Below, piece after piece: positions 30,533 to 40,270 of a DNA stretch of 64,000 nt. The position numbers and the translations under genes were made by a program. The notes under the pieces were generated by a model. That model saw only the letters and a list, made by a program, of their open reading frames with translations. It was not told where the DNA came from and did not search any database. The DNA comes from a bacterium (GTDB taxonomy: Bacteria; JAGOBX01), in NCBI GenBank assembly GCA_029551925.1, contig JAKPEO010000124.1:672-64671 (forward strand). Direction: 5' to 3'. Within the stretch, counting starts at the first letter, position 1; each line of letters opens with the position of its first letter.

Positions 30533-32632
30533 ATGAAACAATTTGACCCGAAAAATATCAGAAATGTTGCGCTATTATCTCACAGCGGCGCAGGAAAAAC
30601 AACATTATTAGAACAATTATTATTCAACAAAAAAATAATCAATAGATTAGGCAACGTGGCTGACGGCACATCGCAAGTAGATTTTTTGCCTTTTGAAATT
30701 GAAAAAAAAATATCATTAACGTCAAAAGTTTTTCCTATCGAAGAAAAAGAAATAAAAATAAATATGATAGATACGCCCGGCTATCCTGATTTTATCGGCG
30801 ATTCAATCGGTGCTATAACAGTATGCGAAAATGCAGTGATACTAATTGACGCGCAAGCAGGCGTGCAAATACATACTTTAAAATTATGGAAGGTCTTGAA
30901 AGATTATCAAAAATCGAAATTAATATTTGTTAATAAAATGGATATAGAAAACGCGTCGTTTCAAAAATGTATGGATTCAATAACCAAACAATTAACTGAC
31001 AAAGCAGTAGCCATTCAAATACCTGTTGGCGAAGGCGCAAAATTTGAAGGCATTATTGACTTAATAAAAATGAAATTTTATAAAGCCAAAGCAGACCGCA
31101 CGCCGCCTGAAATTTTAGATATTCCAGATAATCTAAAAGATATAGTCGAAGATTACCGCACAAAAATCATAGATGCAGTCGCAGTTACAGATGACGCTAT
31201 GATGGAAAGATATTTAAACGGCGAAACATTGAGCGAGCAGGAGATATTTGAACAATTAAAAAAAGCGATTATTAATGATTTGTTAGTGCCTGTATTATGC
31301 GGCTCATCAATAAAAAATTGCGGTTTAAATAATTTATTTGAAAAATTTATAGCTATGTGCGCGTCGCCATTAGATAGAAAAATCATCGAAATGGAAAATT
31401 CTAATAATCCCGAAGAAAAAGCGGAGATAGACATAACAGCGCAGCAGCCATTTGCCGGATTAGTTTTCAAAACAGTGGTTGAAGACCATTTAGGCGAAAT
31501 GTCATATATTAAATGTTTTTGCGGAACATTAAAAGCCGGAGACGAAGTATTAAATTCACGAACAGGCACAAAAGAGCGAATTAACCAGATTACCGCAATG
31601 GTCGGTAAAAACCGCATAGATTTAGGCGAATTAGCAACTGGCGATATCGGAGTATTAGTAAAACTAAAAGATACAAAAGTCGGGGATACTTTAAAAAATA
31701 GTTCATTTTCTTATAATTTTAAAGCGATCAATTTTCCAAAACCAGTATTATTCAATGCTATCAAAGCAGAAAACAAAAAAGACCAAGAGAAATTAACAAG
31801 CACAATAATTGCGCTGTCTCAATCTGATCCTACTATAAAGGTTTTTACTGATAAAGTTTTTAATGAATTCATTATAAGCGGTATGGGCGAAGCGCAGTTG
31901 GATTTATTGCTAAAAAAAGCAAAACAAAAGACAAATATTAATTTTGAAATTACTCCGCCGCGCGTGCCTTATCGCGAAACTATCAAGAAAAAAGTCGAAG
32001 CGCAAGGAAAATACAAAAAACAATCTGGCGGACGCGGACAATACGGCGATTGTCATATAAGAGTAGAGCCGCTGCCGCGCGGACAAGGCGTAGAATTTGT
32101 CGATGAAATATTCGGCGGCGCAATACCTGCAAAATATGTGCCGGCAGTAGAAAAAGGCGTACGCGACGCGTTGAATCGCGGATATACAGCTGGCTATCCA
32201 ATAGTTGATGTAAAAGTCGCTGTTTATGACGGCACTTATCATGATGTTGATTCTTCTGATTTGGCATTTCAAATTGCCGGGTCATTTGCAGTTAAAGCAA
32301 TATGCGAAAAATGTCAGCCGGTAATTTTAGAGCCGATTTATAATTTAGAAGTAAGCATCCCAGAATCATATATGGGCGATGTTATTGGCGATATAAATTC
32401 ACGACGCGGTAAAATTTTAGGTATGGACTCAAACGAAGGAATCAGCATAGTAAAAGCGCAAGTGCCTGAACGAGAATTACACAGATACGCTACTGACCTT
32501 CGCTCTTTAACACGCGGACAAGGAGATTTTGAAACTTCGTTCTCTCATTATGAAGAAGCGCCGATGGATGTAGCAAAAAAAATTATCGCGGAAGCAGAAC
32601 AATATCGTAAAGAAGCTGAAGAAGCAAAATAA
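30533..32632 (+). CDS. Elongation factor G paralog (EF-G-like translational GTPase) with atypical G motifs
   Basis: Five-domain EF-G-like length (699 aa) with SHSGAGKTT P-loop, DTPGYPDF switch II and NKMD; GAGGAG ribosome-binding site before the ATG at 30533. Confidence 0.75.
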   Translation: MKQFDPKNIRNVALLSHSGAGKTTLLEQLLFNKKIINRLGNVADGTSQVDFLPFEIEKKISLTSKVFPIEEKEIKINMIDTPGYPDFIGDSIGAITVCENAVILIDAQAGVQIHTLKLWKVLKDYQKSKLIFVNKMDIENASFQKCMDSITKQLTDKAVAIQIPVGEGAKFEGIIDLIKMKFYKAKADRTPPEILDIPDNLKDIVEDYRTKIIDAVAVTDDAMMERYLNGETLSEQEIFEQLKKAIINDLLVPVLCGSSIKNCGLNNLFEKFIAMCASPLDRKIIEMENSNNPEEKAEIDITAQQPFAGLVFKTVVEDHLGEMSYIKCFCGTLKAGDEVLNSRTGTKERINQITAMVGKNRIDLGELATGDIGVLVKLKDTKVGDTLKNSSFSYNFKAINFPKPVLFNAIKAENKKDQEKLTSTIIALSQSDPTIKVFTDKVFNEFIISGMGEAQLDLLLKKAKQKTNINFEITPPRVPYRETIKKKVEAQGKYKKQSGGRGQYGDCHIRVEPLPRGQGVEFVDEIFGGAIPAKYVPAVEKGVRDALNRGYTAGYPIVDVKVAVYDGTYHDVDSSDLAFQIAGSFAVKAICEKCQPVILEPIYNLEVSIPESYMGDVIGDINSRRGKILGMDSNEGISIVKAQVPERELHRYATDLRSLTRGQGDFETSFSHYEEAPMDVAKKIIAEAEQYRKEAEEAK

Positions 32633-32660
32633 AATAATTTTAAATTTTATTTTTTATATT

Positions 32661-32695
32661 GCAGCCGCATTTTTTTCAGCGGCTGCATTTTTAAT
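32661..32695 (+). terminator. Rho-independent terminator (gcagccgc/gcggctgc hairpin followed by a T-run) after the EF-G paralog
   Basis: 8-bp perfect stem, 10-nt loop, followed by atttttaattt. Confidence 0.65.
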
Positions 32696-32707
32696 TTATA
32701 AAAATTT

Positions 32708-34072
32708 ATGTATATAACGCATTCTGATATTGACAAAAAAACAATACTCGACGCTGTCGGCGTAAATTCAATAGCAGATTTATTTTCAGATATCCCGCGC
32801 CAAATTTTTATTGCTGATAAATTCAATCAAATATTAAATCTAAAATCTTCAAGTTTATTGGAATTATCAAATGAACTTAAAAAAATAGAAAACAAAACTA
32901 AATTTAAAACTTTATTCGCTGGCGGAGGAATATATAATCACTATATCCCGCCAATTGTAGATTTTGTCGCTAATCGCTCGGAATTTTATACTGCTTACAC
33001 TCCATATCAGCCAGAAATAAGTCAAGGCACACTTCAATATATTTACGAATATCAATCGATGATATGCGCACTTACAGGACTCGATATTTCTAATGCATCG
33101 CTCTACGACGGAGCAACCGCGCTCTGCGAAGCGGTCTGGACCGCAAGAAATACTATATCTGATAAAACTAAAAAATATTTGATAATTCCAGAAAATCTAA
33201 ATTATAGATTTAAAAATGTTTTAAAAACTTATTATTCTGATAATCCTAATATCGAAATAATTTTTGCGGATTATAATCAAACAACTGGACAAACTGATTA
33301 TAAACAATTAGAAAATTATCTAAATAACGCATTTGCCGTAGTTTTTCAATATCCTAATTATTTCGGAATTTTAGAAGATACTGATATATTGCAAAAAATC
33401 AATAATTCTAATGATTTTATCAAAATAATGGCATTCTATCCGATTGCGGCTGGATTATTAAAAAAACCTGCGGAACTTAATTTTGATATTGCCATAGCAG
33501 AAGGGCAGTGTTTCGGCAATCCGATGAATTTCGGCGGACCGCTATTAGGTATGTTTGCCGCAAAAAAACAATTCACTCGCAAAATTCCCGGAAGAATAGT
33601 AAGCAAAACAATAGATGCTAATAACAATACCGCGTTTGTTTTAACTCTTCAAACGCGCGAACAACATATCCGCCGTGAAAATGCCGTGTCTAATATATGC
33701 TCAAATGAATCGCTTTGCGCATTGCGAGCATTGGTATATTTTTCATATTTGGGCTTTGACGGACTGAAATATTTAGCGCAATTAATTTATTCTCGAACTG
33801 AATATCTAAAAAAATGTTTGGCTGAAAATATCAAAGAAAACATTTTTAAATTTTCAGGCGATACATTTAATGAATTTGTGATTGACTTTAAATCGCAAGA
33901 CAAGATAAACGAGTTTTTCAATATCTGCGAAGAAAACAATATTGTCCCGGGCATTAATCTGACTAATAAATATAAAAATTTAGATAATTGTTTATTAATA
34001 TCCAACACTGAACAAAACAGCGTTTCAGACATCAATAAATTTGCTGAATTAATAATTAATTTTTTCAAATGA
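32708..34072 (+). CDS. gcvPA: Glycine dehydrogenase (decarboxylating) subunit 1
   Basis: Typical N-terminal half of the split P-protein; overlaps gcvPB by 4 nt. Confidence 0.85.
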   Translation: MYITHSDIDKKTILDAVGVNSIADLFSDIPRQIFIADKFNQILNLKSSSLLELSNELKKIENKTKFKTLFAGGGIYNHYIPPIVDFVANRSEFYTAYTPYQPEISQGTLQYIYEYQSMICALTGLDISNASLYDGATALCEAVWTARNTISDKTKKYLIIPENLNYRFKNVLKTYYSDNPNIEIIFADYNQTTGQTDYKQLENYLNNAFAVVFQYPNYFGILEDTDILQKINNSNDFIKIMAFYPIAAGLLKKPAELNFDIAIAEGQCFGNPMNFGGPLLGMFAAKKQFTRKIPGRIVSKTIDANNNTAFVLTLQTREQHIRRENAVSNICSNESLCALRALVYFSYLGFDGLKYLAQLIYSRTEYLKKCLAENIKENIFKFSGDTFNEFVIDFKSQDKINEFFNICEENNIVPGINLTNKYKNLDNCLLISNTEQNSVSDINKFAELIINFFK

Positions 34073-35511
34073 CAAAAATGAAAGTTATTTTTGATTATAA
34101 AGGAAATAATAATCCTGAAAAAATTTTCGGAGTAGATAATGAAATACCGCTAAAATCGCCAGACGCAAAATATCTGACAGCCTACAATCCAGATTTTAAC
34201 GGACTAAATGAAAATATTATTGCGCGCCATTATCTAAATCTATCGCAAAAAAACCACTGCGTAGATAAGGGCTTTTATCCGCTCGGTTCGTGCACAATGA
34301 AATATAATCCTAAAATAAATGAAGAATTGAGCGCAAAACAAATTTTCAATATTCATCCTGAAACCGCGGCACCGCCGCAATATTTACTAAAAATTTTGTA
34401 TGAATTAAGCGAATATCTTTGTAAAATTACAGGGCTTGACGCTGTGACTCTGCAGCCGGTAGCAGGCGCGCACGGCGAATATACCGGCTTAAAAATTATA
34501 AAAAAATATTTTTCCGAACTAAAAGAAAATCGAGATACGATAATTGTGCCTGATAATTCGCACGGCACAAATCCGGCAAGCGCGGCGCTGCTCGGCTATA
34601 AAATAATTCAAATTAAAAGCGATGAAAACGGCTACGTTTCTATCCCAGAACTAAAAAAACATTTATCGCAAAATGTTGCGGCGTTGATGCTCACTAATCC
34701 CAATACGCTCGGACTATTTGAAAAAAATATACTCGAAATATCTGAAATACTCCATAAAAATAATAGTTTGCTCTACTGCGACGGCGCTAATATGAACGCA
34801 ATATTGGGAAAATGCCGCCCCGGCGATATGGGATTTGATGTAACGCATTTAAATTTGCATAAAACTTTTTCTACTCCGCACGGCGCTGGAGGGCCCGGCG
34901 CCGGACCAGTAGCGATAAAAAATTTTTTAAAAGATTATCTGCCAGTTCCTTTCATCAAAAAAAATAAAAATAACGAATATTATTTAGATTATTCTAATGA
35001 AAAATCTATTGGCTCCATACATTCTTATTACGGAAATATTAATGTCTTATTAAAAGCATATTTTTACATAAAAATTTTAGGCGCTAACGGATTGAACGAA
35101 GTCAGCGATATCGCAGTGCTAAACGCTAATTATCTAAAATCTAAATTATCTAAATATTATTTTGTCCCTTATAATCAAATATGCAAGCACGAATTTGTAA
35201 TTAACAACAAATACCAAAAAGAATGTCAACTAAAAACGCTTGACATAGTAAAACGCCTGATGGATTTCGGCATTCACCCGCCGACTATATATTTCCCATT
35301 AATAGTCGATGAGGCAATGATGATTGAACCAACAGAAACAGAAACATTAGAAACATTGAACGAATTTATAAGTGCAATGATACAAATCAGCGAAGAATGT
35401 AAAACTTCGCCTGAACTGATAAAATCTGCGCCTCATAACACGCCGGTTAGACGAGTAAATGAAACATTAGCGGCGCGCAATCCAGTAGTGAATTATTTTG
35501 TAGATAAATAA
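34069..35511 (+). CDS. gcvPB: Glycine dehydrogenase (decarboxylating) subunit 2
   Basis: PLP-lysine context HLNLHKTFSTPHGAGGPG. Confidence 0.9.
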   Translation: MTKMKVIFDYKGNNNPEKIFGVDNEIPLKSPDAKYLTAYNPDFNGLNENIIARHYLNLSQKNHCVDKGFYPLGSCTMKYNPKINEELSAKQIFNIHPETAAPPQYLLKILYELSEYLCKITGLDAVTLQPVAGAHGEYTGLKIIKKYFSELKENRDTIIVPDNSHGTNPASAALLGYKIIQIKSDENGYVSIPELKKHLSQNVAALMLTNPNTLGLFEKNILEISEILHKNNSLLYCDGANMNAILGKCRPGDMGFDVTHLNLHKTFSTPHGAGGPGAGPVAIKNFLKDYLPVPFIKKNKNNEYYLDYSNEKSIGSIHSYYGNINVLLKAYFYIKILGANGLNEVSDIAVLNANYLKSKLSKYYFVPYNQICKHEFVINNKYQKECQLKTLDIVKRLMDFGIHPPTIYFPLIVDEAMMIEPTETETLETLNEFISAMIQISEECKTSPELIKSAPHNTPVRRVNETLAARNPVVNYFVDK

Positions 35512-35514
35512 TTT

Positions 35515-36390
35515 ATGAAAAAAAAAGACGAAAGAATTGATATAACTATATTCGGCGCAGTTATAAATATATTGCTGTCTTTTTTCAAAATTGCGGTCGG
35601 CGTATTTTCAAAAAGCCGCGCATTAGTGGCTGACGGCTTGCATAGTTTATCTGATTTAATATCTGATATAATTGTAATTTTCGGCATTGTTTACGGAGAT
35701 AAACCATCTGATGACGACCATCCCTATGGCCATAAAAAAATCGAAACAGCGGCTGAAATAACATTAGGACTGATTTTAGCGGCAGTGGCATTTTTTATTG
35801 CGCTCGACGCATTATCATCGCTTTTCAAACCAGCCGCCAAATGCGCCGCAACAAAAAGCGCGATAATCGTAGCATTTGCGTCTGTTATAGTCAAAGAATA
35901 TCTCTATCAAAAAACATTAAAAATCGGAAAAAAATACAATAATTCAAGTATAGTCGCTAATGCTTGGCATCACCGCAGCGACGCGCTGTCAAGCGCGCCG
36001 GTAGTCATCGGTTTAATTGTAATTCATTTTTTTCCAAAGTTATATTTTATTGATGCAATATTAGGCATCGGTATAGCGATACTGATTTTAAAAATTGCCG
36101 TACCTATTTTTTATAATGCTTTTAAAAGTATTATTGATACTGCGCCGACAAACGAACTAAAACAAGAAATTATCGATATAATAAAAAACGAACACGAAAT
36201 AAAGGATTTTCATAATATCAGAATGAGGATGCTCGGAAATTTGATTTTTGTTGATATGCACATTTCTGTTGATAAAAATCTCACTATTGAATATGCTCAT
36301 CATCTATCGCACAAACTAAAAGAAAAAATTATGAATGAACATAAAAATATCTACGATTTATTAATACACATTGAACCATACTATAACTGA
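35515..36390 (+). CDS. Cation diffusion facilitator family transporter
   Basis: Six-TM domain with HSLSD and HxxxD-like motifs, C-terminal cytoplasmic domain. Confidence 0.8.
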   Translation: MKKKDERIDITIFGAVINILLSFFKIAVGVFSKSRALVADGLHSLSDLISDIIVIFGIVYGDKPSDDDHPYGHKKIETAAEITLGLILAAVAFFIALDALSSLFKPAAKCAATKSAIIVAFASVIVKEYLYQKTLKIGKKYNNSSIVANAWHHRSDALSSAPVVIGLIVIHFFPKLYFIDAILGIGIAILILKIAVPIFYNAFKSIIDTAPTNELKQEIIDIIKNEHEIKDFHNIRMRMLGNLIFVDMHISVDKNLTIEYAHHLSHKLKEKIMNEHKNIYDLLIHIEPYYN

Positions 36391-36400
36391 TAATAAAAAA

Positions 36401-36437
36401 AATTATAAAAAAAAAGCCGGTTATAAAAATAACCGGC
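36401..36437 (-). terminator. Hairpin (gccggtt/aaccggc) followed by a T-run on the minus strand, downstream of tRNA-Phe
   Basis: 7-bp stem; the T9 run lies on the minus strand only. Confidence 0.5.
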
Positions 36438-36449
36438 TAAAAAAGGTGG

Positions 36450-36525
<76 letters not shown>

Positions 36526-36678
36526 AATTAAATTTTATCGCAAAATTTCCTTGAAAAATCAAAGATTTAATTAATAATGGCGACTATTCTATATTATTAT
36601 TTTTATTTGTCAAGATTTTTTTTTATTTGATTATTTTTTTTTATTTTTATCATAAAAATAAGTGTTTTAAAATTTGTT

Positions 36679-36706
36679 TGACTTATAGAAAAAAATATTT
36701 ATAATC
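36679..36706 (+). promoter_or_regulatory. Sigma70-like promoter candidate (TTGACT, 16-nt spacer, TATAAT) upstream of glnS
   Basis: Consensus-like hexamers about 60 nt upstream of the glnS ATG. Confidence 0.4.
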
Positions 36707-36762
36707 ACTATGCTAATTTTATTTGAGATTTATTTGTTGAACTGAAAAGGTGTAATTTTATT

Positions 36763-38469
36763 ATGGAAAAGGACAATAAAGAAAAAGTTGAGATTTCTAA
36801 AAATTTTATTGAAGAAATTATTGATGAAGATTTAAAAAATAATGTTTATAACGGCAGGGTAGTAACGCGATTTCCGCCTGAGCCAAATGGTTATTTGCAT
36901 ATAGGTCATGCAAAATCTATATGTTTAAATTTCGGATTAGCGCAGAAATACAATGGCAAATGCCATTTGCGGTTTGATGACACAAATCCCACGACAGAAG
37001 ATATTGAGTATGTAGAATCAATAAAAAATGATGTTAAATGGCTGGGATTTGATTGGGGCTCAAATCTTTATTTTGCCGCTGATTATTTTGATAAATTGTA
37101 TGATTATGCAGAGCAATTAATAAAATTAGGCAAAGCGTATGTCTGTCATTTAACGCCCGAAGAATTGAAAGAGTATCGCGGCACGCTCACGCAGCCGGGT
37201 AAAGAAAGTCCTTATCGTCAGCGCAGCGTAGAAGAAAATCTAAAATTATTTAGAGATATGGCTGCTGGAAAATTTAAAGAAGGCGAATGCGTATTGCGCG
37301 CGAAAATAGATATGGCTTCGCCGAATATGAATATGCGCGATCCGATATTATATAGAATTCGATTTGTCGAACATTATCGCACAGGCAAAAAATGGGTAAT
37401 TTATCCTATGTATGATTTTGCGCATCCCCTCGAAGATTATATTGAACGGATAACTCATTCAATTTGCACGCTCGAATTTGAAGATCACAGACCTTTATAC
37501 GATTGGGTGCTGCAATCATTAAATTTAAAAGAATGTCCAAAACAAATAGAATTTGCGCGATTAAATTTAAGTTATACAGTTATGAGCAAGCGCAAGTTAT
37601 TAGAATTAGTAGAAAATAAATATGTCAGCGGCTGGGATGACCCGCGACTGCCGACGATTGCAGGATTGCGGCGGCGCGGCTATACTCCTTCAGCAATACA
37701 GACATTTTGCGAAAAAATCGGAGTAGCAAAAGCGAATAGCGTAGTAGATATATCTCTATTAGAGCACTGCATTCGCGAAGATTTGCGATATACTGCACAG
37801 CGAGTAATGGCTGTATTAAGACCTCTGAAAGTAGTACTAACAAATTATCCTGACGATAAAGTTGAATGGGTCGAAGCAGAAAACAATCCAGAAAATACGG
37901 AAATGGGCAATAGGAAATTGCCATTTACTAAAATATTGTATATTGAGCAAGATGATTTTCGTGAAAATCCGCCGAAAAAATATTTCAGATTATCGCCGGG
38001 TAAAGAGATTAGATTGAAATACGCATATTATATAAAATGCGTAGATGTGATAAAAGACAGCGCCGGCAATATTATTGAACTGCGCTGCACATACGATCCG
38101 GACACAAAAGGCGGCTGGTCGCAAGATGGCAGAAAAGTTTTAGGCACTGCGCATTGGGTATCAGCGCAATATGCTGTTGACGCAGAAGTGCGGTTATATG
38201 ACAATTTATTTACAAAACCAAATCCTGACGATGTTGAAGAAGGCCAAGATTATAAAGTCAATATAAATCCCAAATCTCTTGAAATTTTAAAAAATTGTAA
38301 ATTAGAGATGTCTTTAAAAACTGCGAAAATCGACGATAGATTTCAATTTTTAAGACAGGGATATTTTTGTATAGATAGAGTTGATTCTACGCCTGAAAAT
38401 TTGGTGTTTAATAGAATTGCAGCGCTGCGCGATAGTTGGGCGAAAATCGAAAAAAATCAAAATGTTTAA
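36763..38469 (+). CDS. glnS: Glutamine--tRNA ligase
   Basis: [12 protein letters not shown]-terminal motif, [16 protein letters not shown] (HIGH), VMSKR (KMSKS). Confidence 0.9.
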   Translation: MEKDNKEKVEISKNFIEEIIDEDLKNNVYNGRVVTRFPPEPNGYLHIGHAKSICLNFGLAQKYNGKCHLRFDDTNPTTEDIEYVESIKNDVKWLGFDWGSNLYFAADYFDKLYDYAEQLIKLGKAYVCHLTPEELKEYRGTLTQPGKESPYRQRSVEENLKLFRDMAAGKFKEGECVLRAKIDMASPNMNMRDPILYRIRFVEHYRTGKKWVIYPMYDFAHPLEDYIERITHSICTLEFEDHRPLYDWVLQSLNLKECPKQIEFARLNLSYTVMSKRKLLELVENKYVSGWDDPRLPTIAGLRRRGYTPSAIQTFCEKIGVAKANSVVDISLLEHCIREDLRYTAQRVMAVLRPLKVVLTNYPDDKVEWVEAENNPENTEMGNRKLPFTKILYIEQDDFRENPPKKYFRLSPGKEIRLKYAYYIKCVDVIKDSAGNIIELRCTYDPDTKGGWSQDGRKVLGTAHWVSAQYAVDAEVRLYDNLFTKPNPDDVEEGQDYKVNINPKSLEILKNCKLEMSLKTAKIDDRFQFLRQGYFCIDRVDSTPENLVFNRIAALRDSWAKIEKNQNV

Positions 38470-38540
38470 TTTTATAAAAAGCAAAGCAAGGGGGAATAAA
38501 AATTAATATAAAATTTTTAAAAATAATAATTTTAGTTTTT

Positions 38541-40253
38541 TTGATGAATATTTGTCTGCTGTCCTTAGGATATTCAAGCGACAGCGAAATATTAAATACT
38601 GCTGGTTTGAATATTATGCGACTTTCAGAAATCAAGCCGGGAATGAAGGGCTACGGCTTATCAGTTTTTCAAGGGACCAAACCTGAAACTTTTGGAATAG
38701 AGGTCATCTCAATTTTAAAGAAAGCGCAGCCGGACAGAGATTTGATACTTGTCAAATGCAGCGGCAAAGATCTGGAAATTTCGCGGATAGTCGCTGGTAT
38801 GAGCGGCTCGCCTGTTTATATTGACGATAAACTAATAGGCGCGCTCGCTTATGCTTGGCGCAATAGTATAGAGCCGATTGCCGGCATCACTCCGATAGAG
38901 AGCATTTTACGCGATTATAACACGCCTCTGAAAGAAAACGATATTACTACAGCATTTGATATTTTTAATAAAAAATCTAATACTAAAAAATTTGAAAATC
39001 AGCAAATAACAACAATACAAACTCCAATTATGTTGAGCGGATTTAGTAATAAAATTTTTAATGAATATTCTGATTTTTTTGATTATTATAATATGCTGCC
39101 GTTTGAAATGAGCGGCGCAGGATTATGGGACGAAAAAGCGAAATACGAGCCGGGCGCGGCAATTGCGATACCATTAATAACCGGCGATTGGTCAGCTTCT
39201 GGAATCGGCACAATTACCGCTATTACTAATGATGGTAAAATTTTAGCATTTGGGCATCCGATGTATAATTTAGGAAATGTCGAATTTCCAGCTGCAACTG
39301 CCGGCGTGCATACAGTTATGAAAAATAATCAAATTTCTTGGAAAATGGGTTCGCCAATTGAAATGAACGGCGCATTGGTGCAAGATAGATTCGCTACTAT
39401 TATTATTGACCCATTAAAAAAAAGCAATATGATACCTTTTAGTATTTCATTAGATTATCCAAAAAGTAATATTAAAAAAAATATTAATTTGCAAGTTGTG
39501 AATAATAAAAATTTAACACCGATGCTGCTTTTAATTTCCGCTGTGAATAGCATATATTCTACGGCAAATGTCGGCAATGCTCAAATTACAATTTATCAAA
39601 ACTTAAAATTAAAATTTAATGATACATATACATTAGAATATAATTTTTTGGATTACAGCAATTACAGCGGCGCGTATTCATTAAATATTTTTCAGCCGTT
39701 ATTTATGCTGTTTGAAAATCCTTTTAAAAAAATCGAATTACAAAATATCGAATATAAAACTAAAATTATTAATGACGAATTAGTATATAAAATTTCAGAT
39801 GTGATACCTTCAAAAATTACTGCTGTAGCCGGCGAAACTATTACTTTAAAAATTTTATTAACGCATAATAACAAACCCGACACATTTGTAAATTTAAAAT
39901 TATATATTCCAGAAGAATGCGAAGAATTAAGAAATTTACAGATTTTTGTCACAGCCGGCAATCGCGCGCCATTAATAAAATCTGATCCGCAAAATTTTGA
40001 CGAATTTTGCGAGTATATCAAACAGATTTATTCAAATAATGATATCGTGGTTTTTTTTAGATTGCCTAATGATAAAATTCTTGTAAAAAATAGATTGTTT
40101 GAAAGTTCGACTTTTAGCGTAAATTCAAAATTATTAGATGCGCCAGATCGTTTCAGACGCATACCGAATTATAGTTTTACTAATATACCGCAAGATTTTA
40201 TAGTATATGGCAGCGCTAATACTCGCATAACATTAGAAAAAAAATTACAATAA
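38541..40253 (+). CDS. Peptidase S55 (SpoIVB)-like serine peptidase homolog with unusual motif order, plus long C-terminal extension
   Basis: IVAGMSGSPVYIDDKLIGALAYAW resembles the SpoIVB Ser motif and GIGTITAITNDGKILAFGHPM the His motif, but Ser (~aa 88) precedes His (~aa 237). Confidence 0.45.
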   Translation: MMNICLLSLGYSSDSEILNTAGLNIMRLSEIKPGMKGYGLSVFQGTKPETFGIEVISILKKAQPDRDLILVKCSGKDLEISRIVAGMSGSPVYIDDKLIGALAYAWRNSIEPIAGITPIESILRDYNTPLKENDITTAFDIFNKKSNTKKFENQQITTIQTPIMLSGFSNKIFNEYSDFFDYYNMLPFEMSGAGLWDEKAKYEPGAAIAIPLITGDWSASGIGTITAITNDGKILAFGHPMYNLGNVEFPAATAGVHTVMKNNQISWKMGSPIEMNGALVQDRFATIIIDPLKKSNMIPFSISLDYPKSNIKKNINLQVVNNKNLTPMLLLISAVNSIYSTANVGNAQITIYQNLKLKFNDTYTLEYNFLDYSNYSGAYSLNIFQPLFMLFENPFKKIELQNIEYKTKIINDELVYKISDVIPSKITAVAGETITLKILLTHNNKPDTFVNLKLYIPEECEELRNLQIFVTAGNRAPLIKSDPQNFDEFCEYIKQIYSNNDIVVFFRLPNDKILVKNRLFESSTFSVNSKLLDAPDRFRRIPNYSFTNIPQDFIVYGSANTRITLEKKLQ

Positions 40254-40270
40254 AAAAAGGGAGAAGGTTA

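Noticed and set aside
36526-36762. Possible T-box leader upstream of glnS, and a glycine riboswitch upstream of gcvPA (32633..32707)
   Set aside because: No T-box consensus (AATTAGGGTGGNACCGCG-like) is visible in the glnS leader, and a sigma70-like promoter explains the spacer. The gcvPA leader is only ~75 nt, too short for a tandem glycine riboswitch, and holds the EF-G terminator.
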